Shown: positions 18,290 to 26,823, counted from the first letter of the stretch. The stretch is 54,106 nucleotides of DNA from an uncultured virus (IMG/VR IMGVR_UViG_3300025727_000005) (IMGVR_UViG_3300025727_000005), one strand, 5' to 3'. Notes: a model not told the origin generated them from the letters alone. A program made the numbers and translations.

Positions 18290-18352
18290 AGGAGTTCTCC
18301 ATTTTGTTAAGGTTAATGAGATCACTTAAGATCATTTATAAATAAACTATTA
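18221..18352 (-). repeat. Cassette head copy F
   Basis: Sense: TAATAGTTTATTTATAAATGATCTTAAGTGATCTCATTAACCTTAACAAAATGGAGAACTCCT-ATGAGAAGATCAGCATCAGAA... Confidence 0.9.
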
Positions 18353-18637
18353 AAGTTTAAGGAAAGACTCTACAAGCACCTCTGCGAGATCTTCCCCCTC
18401 AACCCCATGTGAACTTACCCATACCTCCCCATCTCTCCTTACAGACCCATTATTGAGTGCGTATAGGTGGTGGAGGTACGCAAGGGTAACCGTGTCCTCA
18501 AAGTCGGGCAACCATGTTTCACTAGTAAGAGTGTATCTAACTTTTTGTTTAGGTTTGAAGTGAGGGAAAACTAGGATGCCAGTCACGCAGACCCACTTAG
18601 GGTGTTTAACTAAAAGCCTAAGACGATCAATATCCAC
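18350..18637 (-). CDS. Hypothetical protein
   Basis: ORF track; overlaps the upstream gene in an operon-like manner. Confidence 0.6.
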   Translation of the reverse strand: MDIDRLRLLVKHPKWVCVTGILVFPHFKPKQKVRYTLTSETWLPDFEDTVTLAYLHHLYALNNGSVRRDGEVWVSSHGVEGEDLAEVLVESFLKL

Positions 18638-18809
18638 CAGAGTTAAACCAACCCTCTCCCTTTAATACGAAGCTACTCTTTGAGATAAGTTTCTGGGGGT
18701 CTTCTGTCTTACATTTAGGACAAGGAGGTGATGGGTCATTCATTTTATGTGTGGCTTCAAAGTCATGTTTACATTCTTCTTGTTTACATCTGTAGTTGTA
18801 AGTCGGCAT
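18627..18809 (-). CDS. FmdB-family zinc-ribbon protein
   Basis: MPTYNYRC...C.HDFE...CPKC...KLISKSSFVLKGEGW. Confidence 0.9.
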   Translation of the reverse strand: MPTYNYRCKQEECKHDFEATHKMNDPSPPCPKCKTEDPQKLISKSSFVLKGEGWFNSGGY

Positions 18810-19063
18810 TATTTTTTATCACTTTCTTGTTTGAGTCTTTCTTCACGCTGTCTTCTTCGAGCTTGACTCTCTAAAGATTGCACATACTCTAGTAATCTAC
18901 CAAGCTCTCGATCTACTTGCTTGAGGTTTTTAGCCAAATCTTTATCGGAACATACCTTATCGTCTTTTCTATAAGTACAATAAGAAATAACCGATCTGAC
19001 AGCCTCCTTGCTTGTGAGGAGTTTTTGTTGGATAGCCCTAGCAGACCTTAATGGAGTTGACAT
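18809..19063 (-). CDS. Hypothetical coiled-coil protein
   Basis: ORF track; TAATG stop/start overlap with the FmdB gene. Confidence 0.65.
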   Translation of the reverse strand: MSTPLRSARAIQQKLLTSKEAVRSVISYCTYRKDDKVCSDKDLAKNLKQVDRELGRLLEYVQSLESQARRRQREERLKQESDKK

Positions 19064-19517
19064 GAATATATCCCCTTTTGACTTTCATAATGAAGCCTAC
19101 AATATGATAAACACAACCGTGTCTGGTGCTAAAGAGAACGGTCTTGATATATCTACATTACCTCCTCATTTATCCATAATGACAAGTGAGGAGGTACTTC
19201 ATGGAAAAAAAGTTATACTTGGATTCTCTTTACCAGAGATCCTTCAAGATGTAAGCCCTAGTTTATGGTCTTTCATTGCACATCAAAAAATGCAAGAGGA
19301 AACAAACAGTATAGGGTTCGTTTTTTGGTGCTTGGTTGAAGATTCTAAGTGTGGTGGACAATCTGTCTTTGGTATGTCCTACTTTAAAGAAGAAGGATTC
19401 AAAGGATTTATCTCGGACATCGAGTTTCAATATGAACCCGAACTTCTAACAGACCCTCATCAAATTGTTCCCTCTTTCTTAGACTACGACTTTGAAAATG
19501 AATATCTGGTTCATTAA
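19008..19517 (+). CDS. Hypothetical protein (true start probably 19062 or later)
   Basis: ORF track; abuts next gene. Confidence 0.6.
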   Translation: MLVRSFCWIALADLNGVDMNISPFDFHNEAYNMINTTVSGAKENGLDISTLPPHLSIMTSEEVLHGKKVILGFSLPEILQDVSPSLWSFIAHQKMQEETNSIGFVFWCLVEDSKCGGQSVFGMSYFKEEGFKGFISDIEFQYEPELLTDPHQIVPSFLDYDFENEYLVH

Positions 19518-19838
19518 ATGAGTTATTTAATCCCAGTTATTCTCTTGTGCCTCGCTGAACTCATTTTTTGGTTTAAGGGTAACTCAAAGGCTCTCTATGG
19601 GATAGATTGGGGACCTTTAAAATGGTGGCTCTATACAAGTTTATTCACAAACTACCTATGCCTATATGCTTGGTGGAAGCTAATAGAAATCGGAGATGTT
19701 TGGAAGGCCGGCGTAACTTGGGGGTTGTGTAGTTTCACTATAGAACTTATTCTTAACTGCTACTTTTTCGGGTTCAACTGGAAAGGTGTTGTCGCATTAT
19801 GCCTATGTGCATTAGCCACAGTCATCGTACACACTTAA
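19518..19838 (+). CDS. Small four-TM membrane protein (SMR/DMT-like size and topology)
   Basis: 106 aa, four hydrophobic segments, Glu in first helix. Confidence 0.55.
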   Translation: MSYLIPVILLCLAELIFWFKGNSKALYGIDWGPLKWWLYTSLFTNYLCLYAWWKLIEIGDVWKAGVTWGLCSFTIELILNCYFFGFNWKGVVALCLCALATVIVHT

Positions 19839-19850
19839 AAGGAACGCAAT

Positions 19851-20312
19851 ATGAAAGCTCTTTATTTCGCTTATGGTCTTTGTCTTGAAGAACACACAAT
19901 GGTTGACTACCACCCTAGTGCTAGGTTTCACCTGTTCGCAACCTTGAGGGGTTTTAAACTCATCTTCTCTGGTGATGGAGTATGTTCCATAGATAAAGGG
20001 TCATTTAATGACATTGTTGAGGGCGTTTTATACACCGTAGATCATCAAGAGTTATCCGAACCCAGAGAGGGTTCTTCACTGTCGATACTCGACATTATGG
20101 GTCATGACGGAAACTATGTCTCAGCTCATGTTTATTATACGAACCGAAAAGATCTGGTAGCCCCAACTCAAGATTATCTTATGAGAGTACATAAAAAGTA
20201 TCAAGATTATGGCTTTAACATGACACCCTTAGAGAACGCACTTGATAAATCAAACTATCAAGATACAGAGCAAGAGGAGGACACAGTATGTGGGCCATTG
20301 CTGTCTTTATAA
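19851..20312 (+). CDS. Gamma-glutamylcyclotransferase (AIG2-like) family protein
   Basis: LYFAYG, ATLRGFKLIF, VEGVLY, A.VY, P...YL. Confidence 0.75.
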   Translation: MKALYFAYGLCLEEHTMVDYHPSARFHLFATLRGFKLIFSGDGVCSIDKGSFNDIVEGVLYTVDHQELSEPREGSSLSILDIMGHDGNYVSAHVYYTNRKDLVAPTQDYLMRVHKKYQDYGFNMTPLENALDKSNYQDTEQEEDTVCGPLLSL

Positions 20313-20453
20313 CCTCCCTAATTCTCCTATATGTGATCGCAGAATATGTAGCCTAAACAAGCACTTCCAAATAAAAGCAAATACACATCATAAGCTCTTC
20401 TGAGTAGATACAATCCATCATATTAACTTGTCTTTTTGTATGTTATATCGCAT

Positions 20454-20494
20454 ATCAGCCACCTTATAAGTTTAGTTCCTATAAGGTGACTGAT
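20454..20494. terminator. Long hairpin between convergent genes
   Basis: ATCAGCCACCTTATA...TATAAGGTGACTGAT, ~15-bp stem with one mismatch. Confidence 0.55.
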
Positions 20495-20514
20495 AATAAA
20501 TAAGGTATTAAGAT

Positions 20515-20826
20515 CTATCCGTTCGACACAAAGTCATTCAACTTCTTTGCAATAGTTAAAACTTCGTCAACACCCATAGGGGGCATCTTCAACCCCTCGA
20601 TGTTTTCTTTCGCAGATGTAATCAACTCAGCGGCTGCAACACCAATCGTATCTTCATGTCGATCATAAAAGCTACCTGCAATGTCACCTTGTGTGTGCAT
20701 ATACTGAATTTGCTTTTCTACACTGTCTTCAACGATATGTTGAGCGAGATGTAAAATCTCTACACGAAGCTCATAGGGGGTCTTGTTTGGTTTAGGTGCA
20801 AGGTCACCTTTTAGACTTGACGACAT
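20515..20826 (-). CDS. Conserved phage hypothetical protein
   Basis: KTPYELRVEILHLA...EVLTIAKKLNDFVS; AAAGGA RBS. Confidence 0.7.
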   Translation of the reverse strand: MSSSLKGDLAPKPNKTPYELRVEILHLAQHIVEDSVEKQIQYMHTQGDIAGSFYDRHEDTIGVAAAELITSAKENIEGLKMPPMGVDEVLTIAKKLNDFVSNG

Positions 20827-20877
20827 AAGTCATCCTTTCTCTGTGTGTGTGTTACCCAAATGGGCGTTTATACTTTC

Positions 20878-20898
20878 GACTCTCTAATAATGAGAGTC
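20878..20898. terminator. Short intergenic hairpin
   Basis: GACTCTC-TAATAAT-GAGAGTC perfect 7-bp stem after the Hc1-like gene. Confidence 0.35.
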
Positions 20899-20906
20899 AA
20901 TAGAAA

Positions 20907-21092
20907 TTAATCGCTATTTCTAGCTTCAAGAACCGCCTTACGAATCTCTTTAGACTGAGCGACTACATCTTGTAGTGATTTACGGACTCGTGTCCCTGCG
21001 GCTTTGTTTCCATCGTCAACTTTAGAAGCGTCTGATTCGAGGTCTGCGATTACTTGTTTAAGGGTAGCGATGCGATCTGAGATAGTACTCAT
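20907..21092 (-). CDS. Histone H1-like Hc1-family DNA-binding protein
   Basis: DASKVDDGNKAAGTRVRKSLQ signature. Confidence 0.85.
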   Translation of the reverse strand: MSTISDRIATLKQVIADLESDASKVDDGNKAAGTRVRKSLQDVVAQSKEIRKAVLEARNSD

Positions 21093-21155
21093 ATTGATTT
21101 CTCCGAAGAAGGAAAAGGTTGGTTAATTGTATAGGGGTATCCTAAACAATACTTA

Positions 21156-21524
21156 TTATACTATGGGATTCTCTATTTCAGACCTTTTTTTAAGCTCTTC
21201 AAACATTTCTTTGCGTGTCCAACCCTCTCTAGTCACCCTTTGTAGAAGCTCAGTGCTAACTCTCAAAACCTGTTTTTTTAACCAATTTTTACGATGTATT
21301 TTATCAGTACCTATATACACACGATTGTCTTTACCTAGATAAACACTCTCATTACCGTAGGCTTCTCCAAGCGTAAATAATATGGTTAACCCATTCTTAG
21401 AGAGCCAAGCCTCAATCTCTTTAAGGATCTGAGCATCTTGTTCATAATAGCCTCTTATAAGGTCGGGAGGTAGGATTTTAGAAGGCTTAACAAGACGCTC
21501 ATATTTCAAAGATAATCTCGCCAT
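21156..21524 (-). CDS. Hypothetical protein
   Basis: ORF track; same operon as polymerase. Confidence 0.65.
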   Translation of the reverse strand: MARLSLKYERLVKPSKILPPDLIRGYYEQDAQILKEIEAWLSKNGLTILFTLGEAYGNESVYLGKDNRVYIGTDKIHRKNWLKKQVLRVSTELLQRVTREGWTRKEMFEELKKRSEIENPIV

Positions 21525-21736
21525 AATGAACGATCTTCGCTTGAAGCAGAGACCCAGCCGACAAACTTGATCTTATCATTAGGGTTTAACTCGGAAGGGC
21601 TAGATACAACACCTTTAGAATACTTAGGTAATATTTGTACATTCATGCTTTTAGGTAACACGACAATGTACCCATTACGAATATGATTACAAATGACTAG
21701 TTCTATCATTTTATTTTCCCATCTTAAACTTTCCAC
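21506..21736 (-). CDS. Hypothetical protein
   Basis: ORF track; fills the gap between neighbours. Confidence 0.5.
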   Translation of the reverse strand: MESLRWENKMIELVICNHIRNGYIVVLPKSMNVQILPKYSKGVVSSPSELNPNDKIKFVGWVSASSEDRSLWRDYL

Positions 21737-22304
21737 CCACAGGCAGAGTTTCGGTTACAGCCCAAGAATCTGATTGATACCTCTTAGGTCGAGATTGTGG
21801 TTGAGTAGGCTTGGGTGCTTCACCTATCGTGATTTCTTGAGGTGGCGTATTCAGTGGGTTCTGATACACCTGTGGATTAGGTAATCCGACTTTAGGTGCT
21901 GAGGTCTTCACTGAACTCTCTTCTTCTCCTTCAAACTCTGGTGTATCCACTGGAGGTGCAGGGAGCGTATCTTCTTCCCCCCTATCTATGACACCACCTA
22001 TAATCAAAGGGGATTGTGGCAGTTCTTCTGGGACTCCCCAAACCTCTATCACTTGTGGTTCTTGAAAACCTTCAAAGTCTGAAACACCCTCCCATCTGCT
22101 ACCATCTGCTTGAAGCACAATGTTAGGGTTTTCAAGGAGTCGGTCTACTTGACTGAGTATACGCCTATCCCAAGAGCTAAAAGCCATCCCTGCACGAACA
22201 CACTCTCTATTTTTACATTGGTTACAAAAGGTACGCTCGAACTCTGGTGGACTCATCATCCCACCCTCATTACAATCTACAAAGAAATCTTTATTAGGCT
22301 TCAT
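21711..22304 (-). CDS. Hypothetical protein with Cys-rich N-terminus and Pro-rich C-terminus
   Basis: C...CNQCKNREC; directly downstream of polymerase. Confidence 0.7.
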   Translation of the reverse strand: MKPNKDFFVDCNEGGMMSPPEFERTFCNQCKNRECVRAGMAFSSWDRRILSQVDRLLENPNIVLQADGSRWEGVSDFEGFQEPQVIEVWGVPEELPQSPLIIGGVIDRGEEDTLPAPPVDTPEFEGEEESSVKTSAPKVGLPNPQVYQNPLNTPPQEITIGEAPKPTQPQSRPKRYQSDSWAVTETLPVGGKFKMGK

Positions 22305-22314
22305 ATAACTGCTC

Positions 22315-25059
22315 TCATTCTAACAAGGTACTAATACTTCGTCCTTCATAGACTACATCATACCCTCCTTCTTGCACCTTAATCCACTCGGCAAGATCTT
22401 TTGCAATCTCTTCAGTTAGTTCCTCTACACAAAAAGTAGGAAGAACGGGGGTTTTCTGAACGGGTTCTTCTACGACCTTCTTTTTAACTATGTTATCGGG
22501 GTTTACTCCATAGTCTACATAAAGTTGTTCTGTCTGCCTTTTGATCTTGGCGATGAATTCCTCTGTGTAATCACATTTAATATTGCTAGATCCACAGTGC
22601 ATACAAACGGTTGGGCTAGGATCACGAGGTGTTTTCCCATCACAACCTACCTCTTTGCACTTGTAAGGTGCATTGATGATCTTATCTCCAGCCTCTCCTG
22701 CAATCACATCTTTCACATCAAAAGGCACTGTCCAATCTTTACCCAGCTCAACATCGACAAGTAAAGGCACACGCCACCCTAAACGCTTAATGACTTTGTT
22801 GCGAGTCATTAATTCAGAAATGATGTCAATCGCTTCTTTCAAGATTGATTTGTGAATCTCAAAAACGATTTCGTCATGTACTGTTAAGACCATCATCAGT
22901 TTGTCTTGCCAGCCACGCTTCTTAGTCTCTTGATAGATGAAGCTCATCGCCAACTTAGTCACATCAGCACTTGTACCTTGAACTGGTCCATTCACTGCCT
23001 TACGCTCATCTTTGGACTTGAACCTAAAGTCATCAGATTTGATGTCGGGTAAAGGCTGAACACGACCCATTCCTGTCTTTACATAACCATGTTTACGACC
23101 AAAATTGTGTTGCTTAGACCACCATTTAGTCAACTCACTATAAGTTGCTGTAAACTTCTTAAACTTCTCGTCTGCTTCTTCCGAAGTGCAACCAATAGTA
23201 CGCTGAACAGCTTTACCTGTACCCCCATAGGATAGAGCAAAGTTGCACCCCTTACCATTGCCCCTCAACGCTTTCCAATCATCACGCTTCTTAGCTCCCT
23301 CACCATAAAATGCAACTGCTGTGATTGTATGTAAGTCTCCAATCTTGTCCGACCCACAACCAGTACAGTTTGAAGGTGGTGCTTTAGCGAATCCATCCTC
23401 TTGGAATTCTTGTGGGTAAGCTGTGCCACATTCAGAACATTCAAAGAAAGCCTTGATCCATTTAGGCTCAAGACTAAGATTGGTTACTAACCGAAGCTCT
23501 ACACCTGCATAGTCAATGGCCGCTAACCACCAATCATCATCTCGTACAGACACACATGAACGCATCTTAGAAATCGCTTCGGGTTTGTTTGGATCATAGG
23601 TAGCAGGTATGCCTTGAAAGGGTACACGACACCCTCCATCTTTGACCTTCCAAGGCTTGCTATTCGTCTTACAGGAAAAACGACCTGTGTCAGCGGCGAA
23701 CTGATCAAACTTAGGTTTAAGCGTACCATCTGGTCCAACATCTTCTACAAATGGAATGAGATACTGACCCATTGCCTTCCCAAGCTCTCGAAAGGTCTTA
23801 ACCTTAGCCATAAAAGGAAAGTCTTCAGCCGCATTTTTAATCACATCTTCAAGAATGTCCTTAGAAGTCACGACCTGACCCGACTTTTCACTCGCCTTAA
23901 GCCCTGGTACACTCAACTCTCTAAATAACAGACCGAGCTTTTGAGGAGATAAAATGTCATAGGTTAATGGAAACTCAATCTCTTCTGTACCTACACTCTT
24001 ACCGAGAACCGTTACAGCCTTAGTAACAAAACCCTTTTCATCGGGATAAAGTCGGAGTGCTTCTTTACGAGCTTCATCAACACGAGTTTTATAACTCATG
24101 CCTTCTACTTCCATGTGATTAAACTTATTCTCTCCTTTAAGAGCACCCTTAAGGACACGCACATAGTTAGGGGTGATGTCTCTCCCTAAAATATCTTTCG
24201 CACCGTTGTAAACTTCAATCAAAGAGTCAAACCATAGCTTCTGACCTTGCTGACTATATTTCAATGCAGTATCTCGATCTATGTAAACACGATTTCTGTG
24301 CATCCACCGAGTCGCAAGTAAACACATACGCTCTAAAACATACATCGAGTTAGTGTGTTCTTTAGCTTCACTGTACTTCTTATACAAAACTTCCCACAGC
24401 CCAAGCGTACACATTGCATCACTAGCGGCATACCAAACACAGGGTTCCCAGCTCACATCAAGTTTAGAGTAGTTTTTGTCGGGAGCATCGGGCATGAGGT
24501 CTGATAACTCAATCATCTCACGATCAAGGTGAACATTGGTTAAATGCTTTAGTCCTCGACCACCTTTTTCACGAGGGTTCAAGAGATACTGAATGATGTA
24601 AGTGTCATGCCACTTGAAGGAGTCCCATCGAGCTTCACCGAGTCCTTTTTTATACTCGTTAAACTCCAAGAACTCTTGATCAAAACCTGCGTTATGGAAG
24701 ATAGGTTGTGCTTCTACTCTTGGGTCAAGTAATCGCTCTAGTGCAGGATACATTAAACGCCAAGGAATGTTATGCTCAACACCTTCTTGATGACCAACAG
24801 GGAAATAATAGCCTTTATCTTTGTGTGCTGAGAGGCATACACCCACAATCGTATCTCTCGTGCGACCATTAAACACACGATTATCAAGACCTGTTGTCTC
24901 AAGGTCAAGCCCATAGGCAACGCTGTTAATACACTCGTCAATGCACTCATCAAGGTTCTCTTTCGTACCTAAGATCAGTTCGGTGTCTTTCATCCACAAC
25001 TTGGGTTTGATATTTGGTCGTCTTAATGATTCAAGCATATCTGCAAACATTGGTTGCAC
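22315..25059 (-). CDS. polA: Family A DNA polymerase with 3'-5' exonuclease domain
   Basis: Exo DLETTGL, HNAGFD, YAASDA; TGRFS; motif A DYAGVELR; motif B KGCNFALSYG; motif C VHDEIV; AGGAGG RBS. Confidence 0.95.
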   Translation of the reverse strand: MQPMFADMLESLRRPNIKPKLWMKDTELILGTKENLDECIDECINSVAYGLDLETTGLDNRVFNGRTRDTIVGVCLSAHKDKGYYFPVGHQEGVEHNIPWRLMYPALERLLDPRVEAQPIFHNAGFDQEFLEFNEYKKGLGEARWDSFKWHDTYIIQYLLNPREKGGRGLKHLTNVHLDREMIELSDLMPDAPDKNYSKLDVSWEPCVWYAASDAMCTLGLWEVLYKKYSEAKEHTNSMYVLERMCLLATRWMHRNRVYIDRDTALKYSQQGQKLWFDSLIEVYNGAKDILGRDITPNYVRVLKGALKGENKFNHMEVEGMSYKTRVDEARKEALRLYPDEKGFVTKAVTVLGKSVGTEEIEFPLTYDILSPQKLGLLFRELSVPGLKASEKSGQVVTSKDILEDVIKNAAEDFPFMAKVKTFRELGKAMGQYLIPFVEDVGPDGTLKPKFDQFAADTGRFSCKTNSKPWKVKDGGCRVPFQGIPATYDPNKPEAISKMRSCVSVRDDDWWLAAIDYAGVELRLVTNLSLEPKWIKAFFECSECGTAYPQEFQEDGFAKAPPSNCTGCGSDKIGDLHTITAVAFYGEGAKKRDDWKALRGNGKGCNFALSYGGTGKAVQRTIGCTSEEADEKFKKFTATYSELTKWWSKQHNFGRKHGYVKTGMGRVQPLPDIKSDDFRFKSKDERKAVNGPVQGTSADVTKLAMSFIYQETKKRGWQDKLMMVLTVHDEIVFEIHKSILKEAIDIISELMTRNKVIKRLGWRVPLLVDVELGKDWTVPFDVKDVIAGEAGDKIINAPYKCKEVGCDGKTPRDPSPTVCMHCGSSNIKCDYTEEFIAKIKRQTEQLYVDYGVNPDNIVKKKVVEEPVQKTPVLPTFCVEELTEEIAKDLAEWIKVQEGGYDVVYEGRSISTLLE

Positions 25060-25111
25060 CTCCTTATAAGTATCGCTCTCTCCCTCCTATTATATGAGAG
25101 ACACACAAAGC

Positions 25112-25128
25112 GTAACCCCTTATCTATA
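25112..25128 (+). promoter_or_regulatory. Class-E motif GTAACCCCTTATCTATA
   Basis: 58 nt upstream of ATG 25186. Confidence 0.75.
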
Positions 25129-25185
25129 GAATAGTGTAAGAGGTTCAGAATCATCACGAACCCCACACTCCTCAAGGAGAACCAA

Positions 25186-25527
25186 ATGACAGCCAAGAAG
25201 ATCAAAACCAAGAAGGTCAACACCCTCCGCCATCAGCCCGATGAGCACACCGTCCTCGCTTACACTCCCTTTGAGGATGGGTGTGATGAAGGGTGGTACG
25301 AGCCTGTCGGTAATGTGCGAAAGTTTGACGCACACTACTCAGCGACCCCACTCTGCCTTGAGGAAGATCCTCGTAGGATGACTCAGAGGAAGCAGTTCAA
25401 GACACGCAAGCTCGCTTGTGAGTGGCTTCTCAAAGTCCGAAATCTCTCTTATTGGGATGAGCGTGATGCCGTCCTTGGAGAGTACGGAATGGATTCTGAC
25501 GAGTTCCGTCAAATCGACAGCCCATGA
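25186..25527 (+). CDS. Hypothetical early-type protein
   Basis: AAGGAGAAC RBS; class-E motif. Confidence 0.75.
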   Translation: MTAKKIKTKKVNTLRHQPDEHTVLAYTPFEDGCDEGWYEPVGNVRKFDAHYSATPLCLEEDPRRMTQRKQFKTRKLACEWLLKVRNLSYWDERDAVLGEYGMDSDEFRQIDSP

Positions 25528-25538
25528 AAAGATGGGGC

Positions 25539-25555
25539 GTAACCCCTTAAGTATA
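25539..25555 (+). promoter_or_regulatory. Class-E motif GTAACCCCTTAAGTATA
   Basis: 45 nt upstream of ATG 25600. Confidence 0.7.
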
Positions 25556-25599
25556 CCCTTATGTCATCAACCAAAACTCTCTTGGAAGGAGAACCTAAT

Positions 25600-25992
25600 A
25601 TGACTATCGCATCAATCCTCAAAACACCAACTACTCGTGTAGTCCTCAGTTCGGCTTTCAGCAATCGTATGCTAGCCGAGAACGCTCTTGTCCACAAGAT
25701 CGACCTTGATGTCGATCAAGCTAAGGCTATCATCTCTCTCGCAGAGATGGCAAGCAACATCACCTTCGAGAACGCTATCAATCCACGCCACGAGTCCACT
25801 GTGGCTCTCGCTCAAGGACTTACCAAGTCCGAGTGTGTCGGTGGCAATGTGAGTCTCAACGATGGTGATGTGGTGGTCATCATTCAGCCCTCAGCATCGA
25901 GTCGAAACGACACCGAGTTCGAGGTCGAACACTTTAACGAGTGTATCTTCCAAGTCCTTCAATGTCTACCCCTCTCAATGCTCCAGAGTTAA
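25600..25992 (+). CDS. DUF1874 (STIV B116/AcrIII-1 ring nuclease)-like protein
   Basis: LSSAFSNRML, DVDQAKAII, FENAINPRHEST, VSLNDGDVVVIIQ follow the DUF1874 pattern; start moved to ATG 25600 behind AAGGAG. Confidence 0.55.
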   Translation: MTIASILKTPTTRVVLSSAFSNRMLAENALVHKIDLDVDQAKAIISLAEMASNITFENAINPRHESTVALAQGLTKSECVGGNVSLNDGDVVVIIQPSASSRNDTEFEVEHFNECIFQVLQCLPLSMLQS

Positions 25993-26003
25993 AGGGAGGG
26001 TGT

Positions 26004-26231
26004 ATGTTGATCTACACAGATGTGGATCAGTGTGGCTTATTCGGAGCTAAATACTTTGGTCTTAACGAGATGCTTGTCTGCTCTGCTGATGCTCTCTTAC
26101 GCTCCAAAGGTGGCGATGGATACGACAAAGAACACCGAGACTTTCTTGAGCCACTAGGTTCACAAACCTTAGTCCTCCAGCGTACTGAACAATGTAGTCC
26201 AGGTTGGTGGGAACTTATCAAAACACTTTAA
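26004..26231 (+). CDS. Hypothetical protein
   Basis: GGGAGG RBS before ATG 26004. Confidence 0.6.
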   Translation: MLIYTDVDQCGLFGAKYFGLNEMLVCSADALLRSKGGDGYDKEHRDFLEPLGSQTLVLQRTEQCSPGWWELIKTL

Positions 26232-26240
26232 AAAAGGAGA

Positions 26241-26438
26241 ATGGATATGCCTTATAAACGAATGGAAAATGGAGAACGAGTATGGGTCGAAGTCGGTGGT
26301 CGTTATAACAACGAAGTCACCTATCACAGCCGACCCCCAGCACCCGCCCCTATGCCTGTCTTTCGGGTTCGTGAGAACATCGACTACAACACAGGTAAGA
26401 CAACACGAGAGATCGTAATCGTAGAAGATAAAGAATAG
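26241..26438 (+). CDS. Hypothetical protein
   Basis: AAGGAG RBS; ORF track. Confidence 0.65.
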   Translation: MDMPYKRMENGERVWVEVGGRYNNEVTYHSRPPAPAPMPVFRVRENIDYNTGKTTREIVIVEDKE

Positions 26439-26470
26439 CCTGTCAGCAACCACTCTGAAAGGATACCTCT

Positions 26471-26794
26471 ATGTTAAATTCAAGAACCCTTAAAGTTAAT
26501 ACGATGCAAGATCGTAGTTTTAACGAGCTACTGGGTGAGTTTACTCTACACTGCCGAGATCTACTCGAAGAATATAACTTCAACAGAGTAGATGTATCAA
26601 CTCTCATACCACCATACCAAGTACATGACGGTGGTTATGTTGAGTTTACTGTCGCAGATCATTTCGATCAAGTTAAGTTTGAGCGTATCCAAGATGAGAT
26701 TGCTCGAAAACTACACCTAACAGCTCAAAAGATAAAACTAGGTGGGTGCTACTTTATAGGAAAGACTTACACACTACGAGTGTTTGCTCACTAA
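26471..26794 (+). CDS. Hypothetical protein
   Basis: AAAGGA RBS; ORF track. Confidence 0.65.
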   Translation: MLNSRTLKVNTMQDRSFNELLGEFTLHCRDLLEEYNFNRVDVSTLIPPYQVHDGGYVEFTVADHFDQVKFERIQDEIARKLHLTAQKIKLGGCYFIGKTYTLRVFAH

Positions 26795-26823
26795 CACTCC
26801 ACATCTCTTGAAAGGAGAACAAA

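Noticed and set aside
22315..25059. Intein or intron in the DNA polymerase
   Set aside because: Inserts are short Cys-rich segments without intein splice motifs or homing-endonuclease motifs, and the ORF is continuous.
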